This document shows, piece after piece, positions 48,431 to 58,900 of a DNA stretch of 64,000 nt (positions are counted from its first letter, which is position 1; each line of letters opens with the position of its first letter). Source of the DNA: a candidate division WWE3 bacterium (GTDB lineage: Bacteria > Patescibacteriota > 4484-211 > GCA-002791395); assembly GCA_013335095.1 (NCBI GenBank), contig JAAXWF010000001.1:86797-150796 (forward strand), read 5' to 3'. Made by a program: the position numbers and the translations under genes. The notes under the pieces are model-generated. The model was not told the DNA's origin, did no database searches, and was given only the letters and a program-made list of their open reading frames with translations.

Positions 48431-49145
48431 CGGCATTCTACTAATAGATAAACCAAGCGGTATAACAAGTCATGATGTAGTTGATCGTATCCGTAAGATA
48501 ACAAACGAGAAAAAGGTTGGACACGCAGGTACACTAGATCCACTAGCTACCGGACTCCTAATAATTTTAGTCGGTAAGCAAGCAACTCGATTAAGCCAAA
48601 AATTAATTGGCTATGATAAACGATACTTGATTACAACTGCACTTGGTTTTACAACAAATACACTTGATACAGAAGGAATAATGACGGATCAGTTGGATCC
48701 TATGTCTGATCGAATCAAAACGGCAGCCCGCAAATTTAAAGAGGCAGCACATTCGTTCATTGGAAAGTACGAACAGGAAGTGCCCTCATTTAGTGCTGTC
48801 AAAATAGGTGGTAACAAACTATACGATCTAGCTCGAAAAAAACCAGAAGAATTACAAAAAATCACATTACCTAAGCGAGAAGTAACTATTTACGCAATTG
48901 AAACGACATCTTCTCCACCTACGCAAGAAGGTTATCCCCAAGTAATAATAGACTGTACAGTCAGCAGCGGGACATACACCCGCGCCTTAGTTCGTGATAT
49001 ATCTCAAAAGCTTGAAATACCAATGGTCCAGACAGCCTTACGTCGAATTCGTATTGGAAATTTTGATATATCTCAAGCCAAAACCCTAGAAGATGTAACT
49101 CCAAGTGACATCATTCCCCTTTCGTCTTTGCAGATTAACGACTAA
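48420..49145 (+). CDS. truB: tRNA pseudouridine(55) synthase TruB
   Basis: GILLIDKPSGITSHDVVDRIRKI...KVGHAGTLDPLATGLLIILVGKQATRL includes the catalytic Asp motif. Confidence 0.9.
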   Translation: MVNNGILLIDKPSGITSHDVVDRIRKITNEKKVGHAGTLDPLATGLLIILVGKQATRLSQKLIGYDKRYLITTALGFTTNTLDTEGIMTDQLDPMSDRIKTAARKFKEAAHSFIGKYEQEVPSFSAVKIGGNKLYDLARKKPEELQKITLPKREVTIYAIETTSSPPTQEGYPQVIIDCTVSSGTYTRALVRDISQKLEIPMVQTALRRIRIGNFDISQAKTLEDVTPSDIIPLSSLQIND

Positions 49146-49217
49146 AGTACCGATAGTATCTGTCCTTGTCGATACAACTCTACTGAGTTATAATACTCAC
49201 GCATACAAACCCATTAA

Positions 49218-49293
49218 GGCGGGTTCGTCTAGGGGACCAGGACGGCGGGTTCTCAGTCCGCAAACACGGGTTCGAATCCCGTACCCGCTACCA
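49218..49293 (+). tRNA. tRNA-Glu (anticodon CTC)
   Basis: GGCGGGTTCGTCTAGGGGACCAGGACGGCGGGTTCTCAGTCCGCAAACACGGGTTCGAATCCCGTACCCGCTACCA folds as a cloverleaf and resembles E. coli tRNA-Glu. Anticodon loop TTCTCAG. Confidence 0.85.
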
Positions 49294-49402
49294 TACACAA
49301 AAAATATGGAAACAGAAATTGTTACAAAATACTTAAAAAAGGATCTAACTCGGCTAGCGATAGCAACGGCCCTAAATTTTTTAATCTTGGGGTTACTCTT
49401 CT

Positions 49403-50236
49403 TTAAAGTGATACCGCTTTAATTAATTCTCCGACAGCAATATAACGTTGATGATCAAATCCCGGTGGTATACAAGTCATAAGCGTTAACATTTTCTTAT
49501 TCGACGGTTGATTCGTAATAAATACATCCTTTGGAGTAACAACGCCAGTTTGGCTAATCTGATAAGTATACTCGGTTCCCATATAAATAACGCGTACGAC
49601 ATCGCCTGCCTTTATTTTTGGTAAATCAGTAAAAATAGATTCATAGTCATTTGATGCCAGTAGGGGTAACTTAGAGTGACCAAATAGGAATGAGTTCCCA
49701 TTTTGGCCCGGTAATGCAGATCCTTTTAGATGGGCGACGGCTCGAGTTAGTACCCGATCATAAATGTGTTCGTCTGTCCCATTCACATTCAGCTCAACTT
49801 TACGATTGTCGATTCCTAGCGCCGGGACAGATACGAAGACTTCACTATCAATCTTTTCTGAAAGTACGCTTCCAAGTGGTGATGAATCTTGCCGAAGAAT
49901 CGAAAGAGAGGAACCCGGGGTTGGTGAAGGTATCATTTTTGTCGGTGAAGGTGTTGATTTATTGGGGTTTAATAATAAATTTCCAAAGCCGGTACGAATA
50001 TCTATTGTTGTGCCATCCTCCGAATTCATCTGGACAGCAGAAATCACAGACGGAGTATCGACGGTAAATAACGCGGTGTTATCGAATTTCGGTAATGTAT
50101 TGCTCCATATGAAATAGATCCAACCCAAATATACTAATCCAACTCCCCCTACAGTTATCAGGGCAGCTCCTATCAAACGGGGAAAATGATATCTGTATTC
50201 AAGGACGATCGGTTCCATTCTGTTCGTCGTTTCCAC
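49403..50236 (-). CDS. sortase family transpeptidase
   Basis: N-terminal TM anchor. Catalytic His in FLFGHS. Cys in the TLxTC motif LTLMTCIPPG, followed by a conserved Arg. Confidence 0.8.
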   Translation of the reverse strand: METTNRMEPIVLEYRYHFPRLIGAALITVGGVGLVYLGWIYFIWSNTLPKFDNTALFTVDTPSVISAVQMNSEDGTTIDIRTGFGNLLLNPNKSTPSPTKMIPSPTPGSSLSILRQDSSPLGSVLSEKIDSEVFVSVPALGIDNRKVELNVNGTDEHIYDRVLTRAVAHLKGSALPGQNGNSFLFGHSKLPLLASNDYESIFTDLPKIKAGDVVRVIYMGTEYTYQISQTGVVTPKDVFITNQPSNKKMLTLMTCIPPGFDHQRYIAVGELIKAVSL

Positions 50237-51146
50237 GGATCTGTCGGCGAACTAAGCTCCGCATTTCTTGATGCTTACGCCATTGATTTATTTTCTGAAT
50301 TACTATGTATGCTAATGCACTAAAAAATGCTACGACACCGACAATCAACAAATAAATCCAAATAGTTGTAGCCTGTTTTAAATAGACATCAACAGCAACC
50401 GAGGCATTTTTTATTTCAACGACATCTGTAACCTGTTTATAATAACCAACTTTATTAATTTCAACATAATATTGACCCGCGGGTACAAAAAACTGATATT
50501 GGCCAAAGACATCTGAGGTGTATGGGTTTCTCTGGTTATCAAATGTTTGAGCCGGCCAGACCTCCCAACGGCCATTGTTTAGCCAATACAAGGTAACTTC
50601 AACCCCTGCTAATATAGTATGTTCACTTAACGTTCTAACTTTACCCGAAAGCTGAACTAATGAATTGGGATCAACAGTGGCTGTTGTAGCAACCGTTGGA
50701 GTCGGGACCTCTTGAGTGCTTTGTTCTTGGGCATATACGCTGGTGGGCTTAAAATACGAAAAGATATCAATATTAAACGGCTGGGTAAAGGTTCGAAGTA
50801 ATATATATGCGCTTCCTGCAAGAATTAAACCAAAAATACTATATGTGATAGTTGCCCGGGCTTGTTCTTGTTGCCGTGTATCATCCTGAGCGGTGACATA
50901 CAGATATCCAGCATAAATCATAAATGCCAACGATGCTATAACGGCTGTTATAACTGACATATTAAACATATAAATTGCTAAAACGGGTAGTTGGCGAACC
51001 GCACACGATGGAACTAAAAGAGGATTCGCTAGTGAATCACAGGGTATACGAGTTGGATACGGCGTGGTTGCATGAACATGAGCAGGTACGACCAAAAATA
51101 CGGCTAAAATAACAAAGATAAAAATAGAATGCTTAATAAATCTCAT
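50199..51146 (-). CDS. two-helix pilin-like domain (paralog 2) fused to a carboxypeptidase-regulatory-like beta-sandwich domain and C-terminal TM
   Basis: Signal peptide; hydrophobic helix 1 VITAVIASLAFMIYAGYLYV; loop TAQDDTRQQEQARATITYS; helix 2 IFGLILAGSAYILLRTF. Then VEVTLYW...FVPAGQYYVEINKVGYY. Its 3' end overlaps the sortase gene by 38 nt. Confidence 0.5.
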   Translation of the reverse strand: MRFIKHSIFIFVILAVFLVVPAHVHATTPYPTRIPCDSLANPLLVPSCAVRQLPVLAIYMFNMSVITAVIASLAFMIYAGYLYVTAQDDTRQQEQARATITYSIFGLILAGSAYILLRTFTQPFNIDIFSYFKPTSVYAQEQSTQEVPTPTVATTATVDPNSLVQLSGKVRTLSEHTILAGVEVTLYWLNNGRWEVWPAQTFDNQRNPYTSDVFGQYQFFVPAGQYYVEINKVGYYKQVTDVVEIKNASVAVDVYLKQATTIWIYLLIVGVVAFFSALAYIVIQKINQWRKHQEMRSLVRRQIRGNDEQNGTDRP

Positions 51147-51253
51147 AGTACGTCAAAATGCCCTATTACCACAAATACAATCCTAACATTGACAAATACG
51201 ACTGTCAACGGAATTTCCTGATAATATAAAGAAAATCCGATATTATTATTAAC

Positions 51254-51931
51254 ATGTCCTATGTAAAAACAACATTACTTATATTTGGTTGTGTCTCAAT
51301 AATAGCATTCACCTATCCCCATAATGTGAATGCGCTAGTCAATAGTAGTATCGAACCCGCACAGGCAACAGTACCTACAGATTCGCTATCTTCATTTAAA
51401 TTATCAATTATTCCAGAATACGAGTCGATTAATCGGATCTATTTGTTACTTCATTATTCTCCTACCTTAGTGGAAATTCAAAGCATTCAAACGGACAATA
51501 GCTTTATTGACTTTTGGTATCAAATACAAGTAAACAAGGTGGATGGCATAATTATTCTTGAGGGTGGTAAAGGACAGAGTAATCAAACTAAGTCCCCATA
51601 TCCAATCGCACAGTTCAACTTTATTCCTAAAAAAGAGGGTAAAATAGAATTTTCAATATCTCACACCAGTAAGATGTACGCTCAAAACGGAGATGAGCTT
51701 GGCGTAAGTTTTGATACGAAGGCTCTATATGCAGCAATAAAGCAAGAGATACTCACGCCAAGAATAAAAAACTCAGTGCAACCGACTAAATTAATAGAAA
51801 AAGTAGAGCCAAATATCTACCAGATTGAGAAACCCGTTGATTTTGCCCAATCGAACCTACACTATAGAAGTATTCTTTATACAGGCATAGTCGCATTCTT
51901 GATTGGATTGTTTATACTGAAAAAGACATGA
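51254..51931 (+). CDS. hypothetical secreted protein with C-terminal TM anchor
   Basis: Signal peptide and C-terminal hydrophobic helix. Confidence 0.4.
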   Translation: MSYVKTTLLIFGCVSIIAFTYPHNVNALVNSSIEPAQATVPTDSLSSFKLSIIPEYESINRIYLLLHYSPTLVEIQSIQTDNSFIDFWYQIQVNKVDGIIILEGGKGQSNQTKSPYPIAQFNFIPKKEGKIEFSISHTSKMYAQNGDELGVSFDTKALYAAIKQEILTPRIKNSVQPTKLIEKVEPNIYQIEKPVDFAQSNLHYRSILYTGIVAFLIGLFILKKT

Positions 51932-52338
51932 AAATCACATATAAAATTTTATTATCCTTTATTGCCCTAATATGTATTATCACCATGCCCATGCTGGTAT
52001 ATAGATCTAAATCAAATAAACAAACCCAAATCAGTGAACCTACATCGACCCCGTCACCCACACCAACGCCTCCATATTTATCCTATTTAGAGAGACAAGC
52101 AGATTATACAGGAACAGTAGAATCAGTTAAGCTGCCTAATGAAATCACACTAGCGGCTTTAAACCAAAGCAAGTTGGAACTTCAACTAGAACCCAATATT
52201 CCTATTTATATATCTAAAGAAATGTCCAGCGGTTCCCATGACATCACAGTAACAACAGTAAATGATATACAGATTGGGATGACTTTAAGCGTATACACGA
52301 AAGATCATAATATATTAGCGATCTTTATTACTAAATAA
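51928..52338 (+). CDS. hypothetical membrane-anchored protein
   Basis: N-terminal TM and a PTSTPSPTPTPP linker. ATGA overlaps the upstream gene. Confidence 0.4.
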   Translation: MKITYKILLSFIALICIITMPMLVYRSKSNKQTQISEPTSTPSPTPTPPYLSYLERQADYTGTVESVKLPNEITLAALNQSKLELQLEPNIPIYISKEMSSGSHDITVTTVNDIQIGMTLSVYTKDHNILAIFITK

Positions 52339-52341
52339 TCT

Positions 52342-53220
52342 ATGGAAAATTTATCGGTGTGTATTGAAAAAACGTTAATATATTTTCGATTATTTAATTT
52401 TGCGCCTACGATAAACCAACTTTTTCGTTATCTCATAACTTCCCAACCGATACCCGAACAACTTCTTATTAGCAATCTACCTGCGTGCAGTAATGTCATT
52501 ACACAAGACAAGAGATATTACCTTAGCCGAAATAATATGGGGAATGAGATGCAAAACGAAACCAGATCATGGGAGCTCATAGCGTGCGCCCAGTCACAAA
52601 TGAAGACGATCTTTAACCTTATGCCTTTTATACATACTATCGCAATATCAGGTAGCACAGCGGCTTTAAATGCTGATGAATCAAGCGATATAGACATAAT
52701 GATTATTTGCCGTCCTGACGCAGGTTGGATTACCCGATTACTCTTAATACTAATCTTAACTATTCGTGGTCAAAGAATTCATTTAGGTGAAGATGGCAAT
52801 CGAAATTTGGGAAAGTATTGTGTTAATTTAATCATTGAAGATAATCCCATTACGTTATTAGCTGACCATCAAGATTTATACACGGCAAGCGAAATTGCCC
52901 ACCTTAAGGTGATAGCAAATCGAAATAATGGCTTTGAACACTTTTTATATGCGAATAGTTGGATGCAACAATATTTAGGAAATTCTTGGTCGCAACTTTC
53001 AAGTGAATGGGAATCCCCGAAAATAAAAGAAATAACGTCAAGATCTTTATTTCTTAAAACAATAAATAAACTATCACTTCTAATCCAACAACACATGTAT
53101 CAGGCAAAACATAAACGTCCTCTAACACTCTCAAAGACTTGGACAATTGACTATCGCACTAAAACATTACAGCTATTTGAAGATTCGTGGGAAATATGGG
53201 TTGATCAACGCCCAGCTTGA
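52342..53220 (+). CDS. nucleotidyltransferase-domain protein
   Basis: GS...DxD NTase signature IAISGSTAALNADESSDIDIMII. Confidence 0.6.
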   Translation: MENLSVCIEKTLIYFRLFNFAPTINQLFRYLITSQPIPEQLLISNLPACSNVITQDKRYYLSRNNMGNEMQNETRSWELIACAQSQMKTIFNLMPFIHTIAISGSTAALNADESSDIDIMIICRPDAGWITRLLLILILTIRGQRIHLGEDGNRNLGKYCVNLIIEDNPITLLADHQDLYTASEIAHLKVIANRNNGFEHFLYANSWMQQYLGNSWSQLSSEWESPKIKEITSRSLFLKTINKLSLLIQQHMYQAKHKRPLTLSKTWTIDYRTKTLQLFEDSWEIWVDQRPA

Positions 53221-54563
53221 TCCAAAACTTGTTGAACAATACCCGCAGCCTGGTCCAATTCCTTCTGTACATCGGCACCCTTTGCTACGTTTTCGACCAT
53301 AGTCGAAAATGCCGATACGATTCTTTCATTTAACTCAGTATTATACGTACCCGATGCTAGATACCAGGTAGTGTAGCTATCGCCTTGGTTAACATAAGGC
53401 TGAGTGTAGGTCTCACCGGTCAACGTTGATGCTAAGTCCTTACGAGAATACGGCTCACCAAAAGGTCTAACCTGACTGGCCGCACGATATGCACTAGTCA
53501 TCTGCTCCTTATCAGATAACCATTTTAGGAATTTCCATGCCTCTTTTGAATTCGGAGATATCTTGGAAACTGATTCTACCCAATAATTTGCCCAATTCAC
53601 GCTCTCACTTGCAGAACTAACACTCGGAAGCTGCGGTGCTTCAGCAACACCAATTTGGAATTTTGGGTTCTTAGACAAGACTTCCAGAATACGGTGATTT
53701 GGTAAAAGTACCATACCTACATTTCCGGCGGCAAATTCAATGGTACTATTGCCAAATGTTGGATTCCAACTCTTCTCTGAAGTACCAAAGAGTGCATAAA
53801 AACTCGCCGCTTCAACACCTAAATTGCGGCCTTCTGGGGATATCGATTTATTAAAATTGACTTTACCTTTATCGTCTACAAATTTAACTCCATTCTGAGC
53901 GAACATTAAACCTAAAATATCAGCAAAGTAATCTATATTTGTCGCATACCCGAGTGCGGCGCCTGCTTGAGTTATCTCGCCCGAAGAGTTCTTTTTCGTG
54001 ATTCGACCGGCTATATCTCGAAATTCATTCCATGTTTTTGGCGGGGATGCAATACCTTCTTTATTAAAGATATCTTGGTTGTACACCAGAGCCACGCCAT
54101 CTACCATGAATGGGATGCCATAATAGCTATCTTTTTGCTTAAGGAATACTTTATTAACAGGATAGAACGTCTGTTCATACTGATCAGTAGTCATAACATC
54201 CTTCGGAATAGGTGCTAAGTTGTTCACCAGATACGGCAACCAACTCGCATGAATACGGATAATATCTGGAGCGCCTTCACTTCCGAGACGCGACTTAACT
54301 GTCTGGTAATGATTTTCTGGACTACGCTGCTGATACTCAATCGTTATATTAGGATTTTGACGTTGATATTCATCCAATAACGGCTGAATTACTTCCCGAG
54401 GCTCCCACATACCCCAGTATGTTAATGTTACTTGGCCATTATTGCTTCCACCCAAGAAGGGTAAGCGTTGAATAATATCTGACCTGACATTGGGAAATAT
54501 AAACCACCCTGCAACTCCAAGTAAAATAAGTCCTAGAGCCGCAAAAAGTACGATTTTGCGCAT
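53205..54563 (-). CDS. ABC transporter extracellular solute-binding protein (family 1, sugar type)
   Basis: Signal anchor, then TLTYWGMWEPREVIQPLLDEYQRQNPNITI... with SBP-like length and composition. Confidence 0.75.
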   Translation of the reverse strand: MRKIVLFAALGLILLGVAGWFIFPNVRSDIIQRLPFLGGSNNGQVTLTYWGMWEPREVIQPLLDEYQRQNPNITIEYQQRSPENHYQTVKSRLGSEGAPDIIRIHASWLPYLVNNLAPIPKDVMTTDQYEQTFYPVNKVFLKQKDSYYGIPFMVDGVALVYNQDIFNKEGIASPPKTWNEFRDIAGRITKKNSSGEITQAGAALGYATNIDYFADILGLMFAQNGVKFVDDKGKVNFNKSISPEGRNLGVEAASFYALFGTSEKSWNPTFGNSTIEFAAGNVGMVLLPNHRILEVLSKNPKFQIGVAEAPQLPSVSSASESVNWANYWVESVSKISPNSKEAWKFLKWLSDKEQMTSAYRAASQVRPFGEPYSRKDLASTLTGETYTQPYVNQGDSYTTWYLASGTYNTELNERIVSAFSTMVENVAKGADVQKELDQAAGIVQQVLDQAGR

Positions 54564-54634
54564 ACCTGCAATAGTAGCACTATAACCTATATATGGTCAA
54601 TAAAATCCTCCATTAGTACGATACAATAAGAAAC

Positions 54635-55696
54635 ATGCATATTTTTACTACAGACCAAATTGTACCTTTTATAATAAGTTTTCTAATCTCATTATCATTC
54701 ACACCAATAATCAGATCTTTGGCAATTAGATTTAGCCTCGTCGATATGCCAGCACGCCCACACCCTGCGGTACTGCACTCTACACCAATACCTCGAGCAG
54801 GTGGCGTTGCTATGTACTTGTCATTTTTGATTTGCGCCCTATTATTTGCACGCTTTGATGCTTTATTAATTGGAATATTACTTGGAGGTGGGTTAAATGT
54901 CTTCGTCGGAACACTTGATGATAAATATGATATCTCTCCCTACATCCGACTAGGAACCCAAATAGTATCGGCAATCATTGCCATTATTGCTGGAGTATCA
55001 ATCTTCACGACAAACCCGTTTGGTCAAGGGATCTGGTATTTTGATCAAATAAAATTAGCATTTCCGTATATCGCAGGAGGAGAGATTGTGATTCCAGCAG
55101 ATATTATTCTTATATTTTGGATAGTCTGGCTCATGAATACCGCAAATTGGACAAAAGGAGTTAGCCAATTACCTGGAGTTGCGGTCATAGCCTTTCTCAC
55201 CATAACTGGCGTTGCGCTAACTTATCAAAGCGGAAACCCATATCAATTACAGACCGCCCTTTTATCTGCGATCTCGGCAGGTGCAGTATTAGCTTTCGTA
55301 CCATTCAACTTTCCGCCAGAAAAGATGTTCCCAGGATTTGGAGCGAGCACATGGATCGGATTTAATTTAGCCGTATTTTCAGTATTATCCGGAGGGAAAG
55401 TAATTGCACTTCTCATTGTATTGGCAATTCCTATCATTGATGCGCTACTCGTTGGATGCAAACGAATTTTAACCGGTCATAATCCATTCATTCATGATAG
55501 AGAGCATCTGTATCATTTTTTGCTTGATTCAGGATTTAGTAAACGACAAATTATATATTTCTATTGGATAACTGCAGCTATATTTGGTTTCGCAGCGGTC
55601 GCATTCTCTAGACCAGTTAAATACTTTACGATACTGCTTCTTACAATAATAATCTCAGTTTTCTTTGTATTCCTATATTACAAAAATAAAAAATAA
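54635..55696 (+). CDS. glycosyltransferase family 4 polyprenyl-phosphate sugar-1-phosphate transferase (WecA/TagO/MraY-like)
   Basis: About 10 TM helices. Cytoplasmic loop FVGTLDDKYDISP (the DDxxD-type motif). Confidence 0.75.
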   Translation: MHIFTTDQIVPFIISFLISLSFTPIIRSLAIRFSLVDMPARPHPAVLHSTPIPRAGGVAMYLSFLICALLFARFDALLIGILLGGGLNVFVGTLDDKYDISPYIRLGTQIVSAIIAIIAGVSIFTTNPFGQGIWYFDQIKLAFPYIAGGEIVIPADIILIFWIVWLMNTANWTKGVSQLPGVAVIAFLTITGVALTYQSGNPYQLQTALLSAISAGAVLAFVPFNFPPEKMFPGFGASTWIGFNLAVFSVLSGGKVIALLIVLAIPIIDALLVGCKRILTGHNPFIHDREHLYHFLLDSGFSKRQIIYFYWITAAIFGFAAVAFSRPVKYFTILLLTIIISVFFVFLYYKNKK

Positions 55697-55901
55697 AATA
55701 GGCGTTCAAAATCAATCCTTATACTAAATAATTCATCAAACTGAATTTCCTTAAATTAAGTATATCTTCACGCCAGAAGGTTACTTTTTATCTTTAATAG
55801 AATTAGAAGGTACAGTTGAAAAGATACTTTAAATTTCTTTAGGATTTAGCTTAAAAACACGCGCTCTATTAATGCCTGCATACGTCTCGAGATGATTATG
55901 A

Positions 55902-58900
55902 TCAATCGTCATCAAGCGCCTTATACTTTCGAGCCTCACGTAATATACCTGCCCGTTGTTCAGGATCAAGAGTATCTAGTCGGCGCAGGAACTCTGGCAA
56001 GCTGACTTTCTTTCCGGATGTGTTATCAGTTATTAAGTCCTTCAATGTGGCATCTCCAGCTTGACCATCAAGATGCTCCAAACCTGTACGTTTCTGGCCT
56101 GTCCTCTTATCGATCGCCAAATCTTGCTTGGATATCTTCTGATTCTGCATGTCAAAGATAGGTAGTGTTTGTGGCATTTGATCATGTACTGTTTCTGCCT
56201 TAGGTAGGTCAGCAAAATTAACATTTTTAATCTCAGGATGTTTATTGAGCCAGAGTCGGAATCTCTCGGCTTGTGCTTTTCGACGACCAATAACTGTAGT
56301 CTTATCTTGTGCTTTACGCTGAAGCATGCGCATACCTTCCTTACTACCAGCCTTAGAACCTCTCTTACCCGCTTCAAGGGCTTTATCTCGTGCAGTTTTA
56401 GCATCCTCAGCGGCCATTTGGAACTGCTCTGTCATAGCACCACCAGCTCCAAGAGTCGCAACACTAAATGCACGGCTACCGAAGTTTGATACTCCACGGC
56501 GCATTTTCTCTAATCGAGATGGAGGTACTAATTTATCCTGAGCATCTTGTTCGGCAGATTTTCGTGTTCGATAAGCTAAGCTGGCATTACGACGAGCAGC
56601 GGTATCCTTACTAAACTTAGCTGCAGCATTTGCTAATCCGGCCGCAGATGTCGGAATTGCCAAACCATCAACGTTTATCATCTTTTGAGGTAATTTGACA
56701 CCAAACCAAAGTGTAATCATCGCAATCAATGACGAGCCAAATCCAGCAAACATTGATTTTTCGTCAGCACCAATAGTTAGAAGTAATATGCCGACACAAA
56801 GAACAGCAGCAACAGCAGTCTGAACAAATGTTATACCAACGATAGCACTAAACCATTTAGAACGGAGACCATCAAACCAGGGCATGACACTGAATGCAAA
56901 TATTGCAGGGGCAACAATTACTGCGAGCCAAATAATCGCATATCGGGCAAAGAATAGTAATAGTAATAACATAACCTGCATAAAGATGATTCCGATGAAT
57001 ATGACCGCGAACAAAATAATACCGATCAGAGCGCCACCACCAGTTGCTGCAACTAATGACATGAGGCCCATGACTGCGGTAACAGCCGCTGAGGCAAAAC
57101 TACCCATAACCGCAACACCAGCACCTACACCAGCTACGCCCACGACAGCCTTATTTCCTGCAGCAGTAAATGACTGCTGTAAAATTTCTTGAGTGAATTG
57201 GAATAGAGCCATTGAGAGGAAGTTGTTTATATCCAATAATGCTTGGACGATTATCAAGCTGAAGTTAGCCAATACAACACCCATCAATAACTGAGGTAAT
57301 ATTACCGAAATATGCCACTGTTCAGGTTGATATCGCAATATCGTCATTACTCCGATAACGACAAAGATTAGAACAAATAATACGTTTACTACATTTCTAA
57401 TGATGTCGTAGATACTGATAATTGCTTGATCTTGTGTTAAAGCTCGTGTCTGAAGACCGTACTTGAAGATAGCACTCATGACACCAGGAACATGCTTAGC
57501 AAACTGATCACCAACGGCACAAGCTGCACCAGCAGCAAGTCCATTAATTTGAGCACCTATATCTAAATTTAGATTGATATCATTAGAGCTACCACCACCA
57601 GGAACCGCAATCGTGACCATCTTACCACTCTGATCATTAGCAACTTTGCGAGCAAATGCTTCACAATTAAACTCAAGGTCAATGGTTACCTGAGGAGGAC
57701 TGACAGTACCAGACGAGTCAATTGAAATACGACGCGATTGATTAACAGGCTGCCCATCGATATCTCCCTCAACTACTATTTCATAAGTATTTGTAGCAAT
57801 ACCAATATCGGTTAATGCATCACAATATATCGGAGCACCCGAAGCATCTGTACAGATTTGGCCGACCTGTGAGCCATCAACAGGAGCAGGCAAAGATACG
57901 ATAAAACTTCCAGATGCAGGAACAACACCTAATTGCCCATCCACTGTAGGTTCATCTGACAATAGATCCGTTCCATTTGATTGGAATAATATGCAGTCGT
58001 TTACGATGTCACATTGTACGGCAACATCATTAGTGACCTGATAAACATTGACATTAACACGTCCATCCACTTGAGACTGACCTGGGATCTTAACGGTAAC
58101 GCCCACTGGTGAGCGTAATCCAGGAGTCGCCGCAAGTGCACTTTGGGGAGTTGCAGCGTCTTTAATCCAGTTCAATAGTGCAAGATTATATGTATCGGGC
58201 CCCTTAGATGCAGTTTGCAGACCGCCGACATTCACGCGATGGAAAGAACCTTGAGCGTAATCAACAGATTCTAAGCCGGCATATTGGTTATATCGAACAA
58301 GTACATTGAGCCCTAGGTTACCACTTGCAGCAGCAGGCGCTCCAGGTCTCGTAATAGGCCGCAAGTCAGCAGGAGGAATGTGGACTTGCCCAATACGGTT
58401 TGTATAGTAGAGATTATTTTCTGCAGGGACATCGATGCCCTCAGACCCAACTTCAGCAACTGTTACCCGAGCACCTGGTGCATATTGTGTACCACCAGGA
58501 CCAGGCACATTAATTAACAAACCCTCATCAAATCCTTCATTACCGGTTGCAGATTCATGCGCAACAACATCGATTCGACGAGGTCCATCAGTCGATCTAA
58601 ACAATCCAGTCCCTGACGCTGCCCGGTCAAATCGAGATAGATCAGCAACACTATTATCTAATATAACAGTAACATCATCACTACGAGCGACAGTACCACT
58701 ACCTGCAACCATATTTGAACCGAATTGATAAATACCCCGAACAGCAATACCTTGATTTCCTGTACCTGTTGAAGGTAAGTATACATATCTAACATTTTGA
58801 TCATCATTATTTGAACCTGAATAATCAATGCCCAGATCACTTTCAACTAATAACCGAGCATTAGGCATACGAACAAGACTTGGGCCAGAAACCGTCAATT

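Noticed and set aside
49105-49422. ORF 49105-49422(+) of 105 aa
   Set aside because: It runs straight through tRNA-Glu (49218-49293) and is not a real CDS.
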